This document shows positions 57,848 to 64,000 of a stretch of DNA of 64,000 nucleotides, piece after piece. Source of the DNA: an uncultured Spirochaetaceae bacterium (lineage in GTDB: Bacteria; Spirochaetota; Spirochaetia; JC444; Marispirochaetaceae); NCBI GenBank assembly GCA_964554875.1, contig CAZKQJ010000015.1:10302-74301 (forward strand), in the 5' to 3' direction. The notes under the pieces were generated by a model, which worked only from the letters and a program-made list of their open reading frames with translations, was not told the DNA's origin and did not search any database. The position numbers were made by a program, and so were the translations under genes. Each line of letters opens with the position of its first letter. The first letter of the stretch is position 1.

Positions 57848-58035
57848 TGAAACCTCCAATCCTCTCATATTGGCCTTTTAATATAGCACAAACAATATAC
57901 TATCTTATAATGGATTTGTATATGTTTTTCAATATATTTAACGCATATTATAGATATAATTCTTTATTATCTCGGATAAGAGAGCTTTCTTTCAGCTAAA
58001 ATTCACAAAATACAAAATAAAATCACAATAAATAA

Positions 58036-58064
58036 TTGACAGTATCTTACTTTACTTATACTGT
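58036..58064 (+). promoter_or_regulatory. Sigma70 promoter overlapped by an inverted repeat
   Basis: TTGACA (58036-41), 17 bp, TACTGT (58059-64), AT-rich UP region; ACAGTAT-N12-ATACTGT spans both boxes. Confidence 0.65.
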
Positions 58065-58136
58065 ATTCATGTTATATAAATTTTTCTTGATATTCTGTCT
58101 CCAAAACAGACAGAGACAAGGGAAAAGGAGAACGGC

Positions 58137-58742
58137 ATGAAGATAATCCGTTTGATGGTAATTGCACTGGTACTGATCCTGGTATTCGGCGCCTGCAGTG
58201 GCAAAGCCGCCGGAGATAAAAAAGAAGAAAGCACCGTCGAAACAGCTGAACCTGCCAAGGGTATTACCCTGGAGAACGCCTTCTACTATACACATGTGGA
58301 CGGGCACAAGAAGGAGACCCAGATTCCGGCGGTTGTTCTTTTTGAATATGAACAGCTGAAAACCGTTCGCTACCAGATTGCTTATATTGCCTGTACCTGC
58401 CGAGGACCGGAAGTAAACTACTGGTCCGTGGCAAATGTGGAGATCAACAAATCCAACCTTACTGTCGACCATATTTCCTACTACGAGGATTCAACCGAGC
58501 ACTATGTGGCAGGGATGTACGGCGACAGCACCGAATCCTGGGATGGAACACCGGTAAAAGAACTTTTCGACGGTTTTATCCAGGACAGTATTCTCGGCAA
58601 ATCTGAAAGCGAGATAGACGCTTATGTACCCATGCACGGGAAGGTTGACACCTACACAGGTGCCACGGTTACTCCCAATAATGCCATGCGTATGCTTCAG
58701 GGACTCTTTGAGTACCATAAAGAACACTACGGCAGCAACTAA
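58137..58742 (+). CDS. Uncharacterised lipoprotein with a CxC motif and a C-terminal FMN-flavinylation motif
   Basis: AAGGAG RBS; lipobox FGAC; IACTCRG; VDTYTGATVT. Confidence 0.75.
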   Translation: MKIIRLMVIALVLILVFGACSGKAAGDKKEESTVETAEPAKGITLENAFYYTHVDGHKKETQIPAVVLFEYEQLKTVRYQIAYIACTCRGPEVNYWSVANVEINKSNLTVDHISYYEDSTEHYVAGMYGDSTESWDGTPVKELFDGFIQDSILGKSESEIDAYVPMHGKVDTYTGATVTPNNAMRMLQGLFEYHKEHYGSN

Positions 58743-58774
58743 GAACTTCTGCCAAAAAATAGAGGAATAGAACT

Positions 58775-59671
58775 ATGATCAAGAAGACAACAATTATACT
58801 GTTTACCTTAATGCTGGCTCTCTCCATTGTCTCCTGCGGCAAGTCAGGTGCTGACGCGGGGCTTACGGGAAGTGAAGAAATCACCATGGAGAATATCGAT
58901 CAGTACCTCGACAGGGATGCCAGATTCATCGATCTGCGGAATTTCGCCGACATGTTCAACGGCGGCTACATCGCAGGCTTCGAGGTTGTACCCTTTTTCC
59001 AGTACCTGGAAGGCCGCGCCCTGGTCCGCAACAATGGCTGGGAGTTCTCCGAGGTCGACGTAATTGAACCGGCAATGCTGGAGAACATCTTCGGTTCAAA
59101 GGAAGGCGTAATCATCCTGATGTGCGGTTCCGGAACACGGGCAGGATATGTAATGGACGCCCTTAACAGCCTGGGCTACACCAAGGTTATCAACGCCGGA
59201 GGAATCCGGGATTACAAAGGCGCAAACAAGGTCCTTGGGGACGGCAGCTATGCCGGTCAGATGGCCCTTCCCGCAGAGGTCACCATGGAAAACATTGACC
59301 AGTACCTGTACAGGGACGGGGCCAAATACGTCGACCTGCGTAATGTTTCCGATATGTATACCGGCGGATACATTGAAAGCTTCGAGCTCGTCTCCTTCTT
59401 TGAGTACCTCGAAAACAACGCCCTGGTCCGGAACAACGGTTGGGAGTTCTCGGAAGCCGATGTAGTTGAACCTGCAATTCTGGAAAACATCTTCGGCTCC
59501 AGGAACCGGGAAGTATTCCTTATGTGCGGATCCGGAACCCGTGCGGGTTATGTAAAAGATGCCCTGGAGAACCTCGGCTATACCACCGTATACAACGTAG
59601 GCGGGATTCGGGACTACAAGGGAGACCACAAGGTCTTTGGTGACGAGTCATTCAGCCTGAAGATCCAGTAG
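58775..59671 (+). CDS. Tandem rhodanese-domain lipoprotein
   Basis: Lipobox IVSC; two 133-aa repeats, each with (I/V)DLRN, GYI, LMCGSGTRA and N(A/V)GG. Confidence 0.88.
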   Translation: MIKKTTIILFTLMLALSIVSCGKSGADAGLTGSEEITMENIDQYLDRDARFIDLRNFADMFNGGYIAGFEVVPFFQYLEGRALVRNNGWEFSEVDVIEPAMLENIFGSKEGVIILMCGSGTRAGYVMDALNSLGYTKVINAGGIRDYKGANKVLGDGSYAGQMALPAEVTMENIDQYLYRDGAKYVDLRNVSDMYTGGYIESFELVSFFEYLENNALVRNNGWEFSEADVVEPAILENIFGSRNREVFLMCGSGTRAGYVKDALENLGYTTVYNVGGIRDYKGDHKVFGDESFSLKIQ

Positions 59672-59691
59672 TATTCAGATTATTCACCCCG

Positions 59692-59727
59692 GCTCGGGTC
59701 CTTTATAAACAGGATCCGGGCTTTTTT
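59692..59727 (+). terminator. Intrinsic terminator after the rhodanese gene
   Basis: 11-bp stem gctcgggtcct / aggatccgggc followed by TTTTTT. Confidence 0.8.
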
Positions 59728-60264
59728 ATGGAATCAGCTGAATTCCCGCCAGAACCTGGTGTCCATACGTCCGAATCAAGCCCGGATAACCCATTTGATC
59801 CGAGCCTATGCCGTAAATTCCAAAACTTGCGTTCCTCGGACTGTAACGATTTTCCAGGAACAGGTTCCAGGAATCTCCAAGCTCCTGTTGGTGTACCCGG
59901 GCCTGGGAAAACCCCGTACGGAACCAAACACCAGGCATTCCGCCCCCAGTGCATGCCTGATACTTACCGCTGTTTCGCTGTCCACAGCACCTGAAAACTG
60001 GTATTCCAGTTCCTCCGTTATCCGGTCAATATTCTCGCGCTCAACGACCGCGATGCCGGCGCGTATAAATGCCCGGGTTATTTCGTCGGCTACGAAACGG
60101 CTGTTTTCCGCCTGTCCGTCCGTATTCATCTCGGCTACTGCAAGGGGGGAAGTCCGCGGAAAACCACTGAAACAAAGATCACGCACAAGCGTATCATAGA
60201 TATCGCAATAAAGATGAATTGATGATACCAATGCAAGCATCATAATAACGAATTTCCTGGACAT
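59726..60264 (-). pseudogene. CsgG/FlgO-like domain gene, probably internally deleted or frameshifted
   Basis: AVVERENIDRITEELEYQFSGAVD...LGAECLVFGSV, after which the frame loses family character. An overlapping frame (59938-59726) reads like a beta-barrel C-terminus. Confidence 0.45.
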
Positions 60265-60394
60265 GCTCTCCCTCTTTCTATCGCTTTTTGGGCATTATGA
60301 TACCAAATATACAGCTCATTTATTCCGGATTTTTACTTCCCCATGAACTATATTCTACGAAAACGGGGCAGGTTACCAGGCCGGTTCCTGTTCA

Positions 60395-60724
60395 ATGCAG
60401 TTCACCAAGGAGAAAGAAGTGGCGGAATATACCTTCGACGGAACGACCCTGCGGGACAGCAGGGGGACAAAGATGGGAGAGGTTGACAGGACTTACGTTC
60501 GCGGATGGAACGCAGCCCTGCTGGGCCAGCTGGACCGTAAGAATATACGGGATCCCAGGGGAAAGAAACTGCTGGAGTTTGACGGTAAAACCGTAAAGGA
60601 CGATCTTGGAAAGAAAGTCGCCAGCATAAAGGAAATTCAGGAGCTGATAGAGGGAGAAGCGGACATTTCCCTGGTGGCGGCCTGGTATTTTCTGATTAAA
60701 AAGCAGCAGGCGAACATGACATAG
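60395..60724 (+). CDS. Small hypothetical protein with four ~16-aa beta-type repeats
   Basis: FDGTTLRDSRGTKMG / VDRTYVRGWNAALLG / LDRKNIRDPRGKKLL / FDGKTVKDDLGKKVA. Confidence 0.7.
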   Translation: MQFTKEKEVAEYTFDGTTLRDSRGTKMGEVDRTYVRGWNAALLGQLDRKNIRDPRGKKLLEFDGKTVKDDLGKKVASIKEIQELIEGEADISLVAAWYFLIKKQQANMT

Positions 60725-60839
60725 CTCACTTGCAAAGCTGTCTTCGCATGTTATACTGAGAATAAGCATGGTTCTCATTGCGTGATAACAAAATACAGGC
60801 TTGATTCATCAGGAGGACTGTTCTTGAAGGAGAGTACCT

Positions 60840-61532
60840 ATGAAGAAAGCAGCTTTGATTGCAACGGTTGCCCTGTTTCTATTGATTGCACCACTGTCAC
60901 TGGTATCAGCCGAAGCGTCGGAAATGGATTCTGACTGGAACCGGCGTATCGCATCTCCGTCCTATGGATTCAGCTTCGGCTTCGCGGAAGTTAAATATGG
61001 TAACGACAGTAAGGCCACTGTGGTAATGCCCGGAATTGATCTGCGGCATTTCAACGGGACCAATGTAACCGAAGCCGGCGGATTTTATTACGGTTATGAG
61101 CTCGGTGTGGCAGCCAACTTCTACCTCGGGAGTGAAACCCTTTCCAATGGAGCATCGGAATACGATATCGAGCAGATCGCCATGGCAACCCTCTTTCTTA
61201 TGGGAAAACACGGTTATCGCATAGAACTACCAGGCACGAGAGGAAAGTTCGGTATCGGGTTGGAACTGGGCATGGGTCTCATGGGAGGCGCAGGATCCTT
61301 TGAGCTTAAGGAAAAAGGGGGTGACAACCTCAGTCAAACCGAAGAGATCATCGGCCCGGTCTTTGAAGCCGGAATTGAAGGACTGATGGACGCGGGTCCC
61401 AACAACCGGCTTGTTCTGCGTCTGGGGCTTATGGTCAGCCCCGAGGTACTTGACGCCGAAGTGTACGGTTTCAACGCAGAAGCAGCCCCGGTCCGGATTA
61501 ACATTCGCTGCGGCTTTGTACGGGACCATTAA
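60840..61532 (+). CDS. Putative outer-membrane beta-barrel protein
   Basis: AAGGAG RBS, signal peptide, alternating Gly/aromatic beta strands. Confidence 0.6.
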   Translation: MKKAALIATVALFLLIAPLSLVSAEASEMDSDWNRRIASPSYGFSFGFAEVKYGNDSKATVVMPGIDLRHFNGTNVTEAGGFYYGYELGVAANFYLGSETLSNGASEYDIEQIAMATLFLMGKHGYRIELPGTRGKFGIGLELGMGLMGGAGSFELKEKGGDNLSQTEEIIGPVFEAGIEGLMDAGPNNRLVLRLGLMVSPEVLDAEVYGFNAEAAPVRINIRCGFVRDH

Positions 61533-61533
61533 A

Positions 61534-62001
61534 TCAGATATCACCATCCTCTTCATCGGGGACTACAAGTACGGGGCAGTGGGCTTTTCGTATTACCTTC
61601 TCGGTAAAATTACCGAGCATACGGTTTATTACGTTCGAACCCGCTCCCCTGCCAATCACAACCAGACTGACAGACGCTTCCCTGGCCTTCCGCAAAATCT
61701 CCTCCCCGACGTTGCCAACGGAAAAATCCGAGGACCATGACACATTCTCAGGTATGGCGGGAATATAGACTTCTGCGATCTTGCGGTCGATGTCCTGCCT
61801 GGCTTTGGCGTCCACATCCTCCACCTCGTATATGTAGGACTTCCAGAACTGGGCATCCGGCTCCGGGATGGCATGAAAGATGATCAGCTCGCTTCCCTCA
61901 TTGGCGGCCGCGATATTCAGGGCGTAACGGAATGCACGCAGGGCGTCGGTGTTGAAATCGGTACAAAAAAGAATCTTTTTAAAGATATTCCTGTGGGGCA
62001 T
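61534..62001 (-). CDS. Universal stress protein (UspA family) at the end of the TRAP operon
   Basis: FKKILFCTDF, LIIFHAI, VVIG...LGN..EKVIRKAHCPVLVVP. Confidence 0.92.
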   Translation of the reverse strand: MPHRNIFKKILFCTDFNTDALRAFRYALNIAAANEGSELIIFHAIPEPDAQFWKSYIYEVEDVDAKARQDIDRKIAEVYIPAIPENVSWSSDFSVGNVGEEILRKAREASVSLVVIGRGAGSNVINRMLGNFTEKVIRKAHCPVLVVPDEEDGDI

Positions 62002-62013
62002 CCTGTTCCTCCT

Positions 62014-63315
62014 TTAACGAAGCAGTCCCGGCAGAAAGAGCGAGAGCTGCGGGAACACAATCAGAATAAGCGCGGAAAGCAGCAACATCAGCAGATACGG
62101 CATGGCCCCCTTGAAGATGGCGGTAAGCGGAATATCCCGTTCGATACCGCTGACCACATAGACATTCACCCCCACGGGAGGCGTAATCACCCCCATCTGG
62201 GTAATTACAACCACGATCACGCCGAACCATACAGGATCGAATCCGAGTTCAAGAATTACCGGATAAAAAATCGGGATTGTCAGCAGAATCAGGGCCAGAG
62301 CATCGATAAAACAGCCAGCGAACAGGAAAAAGAGGATGATTATGATCATGATCCCCCAACCCGGCAAAGGCAGGGAGACAAAGAAACCGGCCACCGCAAA
62401 GGGGATACGGGAAACAGCGAGAAACCTCCCGAAAATGACCGCTCCAGCCACGATAAAAAAGATCATGCTCGAGGTCCGCACAGTTTCAAAGATTATCATC
62501 TTTAGTTTATGCAGGGACATCTCCTTCTGAAGGATGGCTATGATGAAACTCCCTGCAGTTCCCACCGCGGCGGCTTCTATGGGGGTAAATATCCCGAAGA
62601 ACATCCCTCCCATAACCAGGAAAAAGAGCAGCAGGGTCTCGATAACGCCGGTGAGGGACTGAAAACGCTCTTTCCAGCTGTGCCGCGGACCGGCGGGACC
62701 GAGGCTGCCGTTGCCGGCGCAGCTGAAATAGATGGACAGGCAAAAGAGCAGGGCAATTAAAATTCCCGGGATAATTCCCGCGAGAAAAAGGTCACCGATG
62801 GACTGCTCGGTCATCAGGGCGTATACGATAAAGACAACCGAGGGGGGAATCAGCATGCCCAGGGAGCCTCCGGCGGCAACGGTCCCCGAGGCCAGGGAAT
62901 CAGCATAACCGTAGCGCTTCATCTCCGGCAGGGCTACGGCGGACATGGTGGCAGCCGTTGCCGGCCCTGAACCGCAGATTGCGCCGAAACCGGCACATGC
63001 CCCCACCGTGGCCATGGCCAGGCCGCCCTGCAGATGACCGATCCATACATAGGCGGTACGAAACATGCGTCTGCTGATTCCGGCATGAAAAGCTATCTGA
63101 CCCATCATTACAAAGAGGGGAATTACCGTCAGACTGTAGGATGAAAAAGTCTCATACAGATCAGCGCTGACCATGCTGAAGGCCGCCGAGGGGTTAACGA
63201 TCAGAGCAAATCCGACCACCCCGGAGGCAAGCATTGCAAAGGCGACGGGCATGCTGGTCAAAAGCAGTCCAAGGAGAATCAGACACCCGATTACACCGAT
63301 TTCCACAGGACTCAT
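62014..63315 (-). CDS. dctM: TRAP transporter large permease
   Basis: GLAMATV, GSGPATAA, GGSLGMLIPPS, DPVWFG, ITPPVGVN. Confidence 0.95.
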   Translation of the reverse strand: MSPVEIGVIGCLILLGLLLTSMPVAFAMLASGVVGFALIVNPSAAFSMVSADLYETFSSYSLTVIPLFVMMGQIAFHAGISRRMFRTAYVWIGHLQGGLAMATVGACAGFGAICGSGPATAATMSAVALPEMKRYGYADSLASGTVAAGGSLGMLIPPSVVFIVYALMTEQSIGDLFLAGIIPGILIALLFCLSIYFSCAGNGSLGPAGPRHSWKERFQSLTGVIETLLLFFLVMGGMFFGIFTPIEAAAVGTAGSFIIAILQKEMSLHKLKMIIFETVRTSSMIFFIVAGAVIFGRFLAVSRIPFAVAGFFVSLPLPGWGIMIIIILFFLFAGCFIDALALILLTIPIFYPVILELGFDPVWFGVIVVVITQMGVITPPVGVNVYVVSGIERDIPLTAIFKGAMPYLLMLLLSALILIVFPQLSLFLPGLLR

Positions 63316-63794
63316 GGTTTGATAAACTCCTTGCCCGGATGTGTAAGATGGTAGAGAAATACGATCATCATCAGTACAAAGTTCAGACTGACAAGCATGG
63401 GTATCCAGAAAACCGGCAGACCAAGATTGGGGAAAACCTCACCTGAAGCCATCAGGGTGAGACCGTGACGATACACCTTCACGGTGAGGACGCCAAAGAT
63501 GGCAAGAGCAGATATCCGTAAAAGAGAATCCAGTATCAGGCGGCCGATTCTGCTGCACTTGTGGTAAAAAAACTCGATGGCAATGTGTCCCTTTACCGCG
63601 GTCAGATACGGCAGGGCGCAGGCGACGGCAACGGCTCCGCAGGCCCGCACCAGATCATAGGCACCGGTAATCCCGGTACCGAAGAGCCGCAGCAGAACAT
63701 CGATAACGGTAATTCCCATCATGAGAAGTACCGCCGCGCCGGCTATAATCGCAAAGGCCTTTATGAACTTCCTGATAAGGGAGTACACGATCAT
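63312..63794 (-). CDS. dctQ: TRAP transporter small permease
   Basis: Four TM helices; DVLLR, HIAIEF; ATGA overlap with dctM. Confidence 0.9.
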   Translation of the reverse strand: MIVYSLIRKFIKAFAIIAGAAVLLMMGITVIDVLLRLFGTGITGAYDLVRACGAVAVACALPYLTAVKGHIAIEFFYHKCSRIGRLILDSLLRISALAIFGVLTVKVYRHGLTLMASGEVFPNLGLPVFWIPMLVSLNFVLMMIVFLYHLTHPGKEFIKP

Positions 63795-63801
63795 TGGGCA
63801 G

Positions 63802-64000
63802 TTACTTCAGCATTGCCAGGAGATCATTCAGAAAGGCTTCCCCGGGAAGTCCTTTCTCTTCCGTGGCCTTTATGTATTCAGCATAGACAGGGTCCATGGC
63901 CGCAGCCAGGGCATTCTGCTCAGCTTTCGGCAAATCAATGAACTCCTTGCCCAGCTCTTTTACAAAGTCCTCACCTTCCCTGTCGCTCTGGTCCCAGGCC
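63802..64000 (-). CDS. dctP: TRAP substrate-binding protein, C-terminal fragment (runs off the window end)
   Basis: Hand translation AWDQSDREGEDFVKELGKEFIDLPKAEQ...MDPVYAEYIK..EEKGLPGEAFL, directly upstream of dctQ. Confidence 0.8.
   Translation of the reverse strand, partial: AWDQSDREGEDFVKELGKEFIDLPKAEQNALAAAMDPVYAEYIKATEEKGLPGEAFLNDLLAMLK

Noticed and set aside
57995-58030. Rex or CRP/FNR site in the AT-rich divergent region
   Set aside because: Only half-sites (TTCACAA, ATCACAA) are present; the partner halves match poorly, which is expected by chance in AT-rich DNA.
1-64000. Prophage, integrase, IS elements, rRNA/tRNA genes, toxin-antitoxin or known defence operons
   Set aside because: No recognisable motifs, terminal inverted repeats or T-loop signatures were seen; small or divergent elements could have been missed without tools.

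Overview
A 64-kb bacterial chromosomal segment of moderately high GC, most likely from a free-living anaerobic spirochaete (Spirochaetaceae). This is inferred from the gltX-glyQS-tyrS gene order known in Borrelia, an FlgD-Ig/OmpA lipoprotein and a Treponema-type FMN-binding lipoprotein. It holds about 60 CDS: a tRNA-synthetase operon, ABC/TRAP/MFS transporters, three sugar loci (ROK-MFS, DeoR/chvE-gguAB, GH4/ycjQ/ycjNOP), several two-component systems, and redox enzymes. I saw no rRNA, tRNA, CRISPR array, integrase or transposase. The best leads, all from by-eye motif reading: (1) a translationally coupled pair of cNMP-GGDEF paralogues with complementary loss of catalytic residues, followed by a DHH/DHHA1 phosphodiesterase, possibly a one-active-site dinucleotide synthase plus eraser; (2) a divergent cluster of two FMN-motif lipoproteins (one with a CxC) and a tandem-rhodanese lipoprotein, possibly a periplasmic flavin-to-sulfur relay; (3) a CitA/DcuS-type sensor lacking its carboxylate-binding Arg residues and coupled to a membrane-anchored fumarate-reductase paralogue; (4) an internally duplicated KamA radical-SAM enzyme with a dead second copy, coupled to a cytoplasmic M23 peptidase; (5) a ycj-type C3-redox sugar locus in which a GH4 replaces the epimerase; (6) an 81-bp palindromic tandem repeat that supplies the start codon of an MFS gene. 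No alignments or database searches were run.
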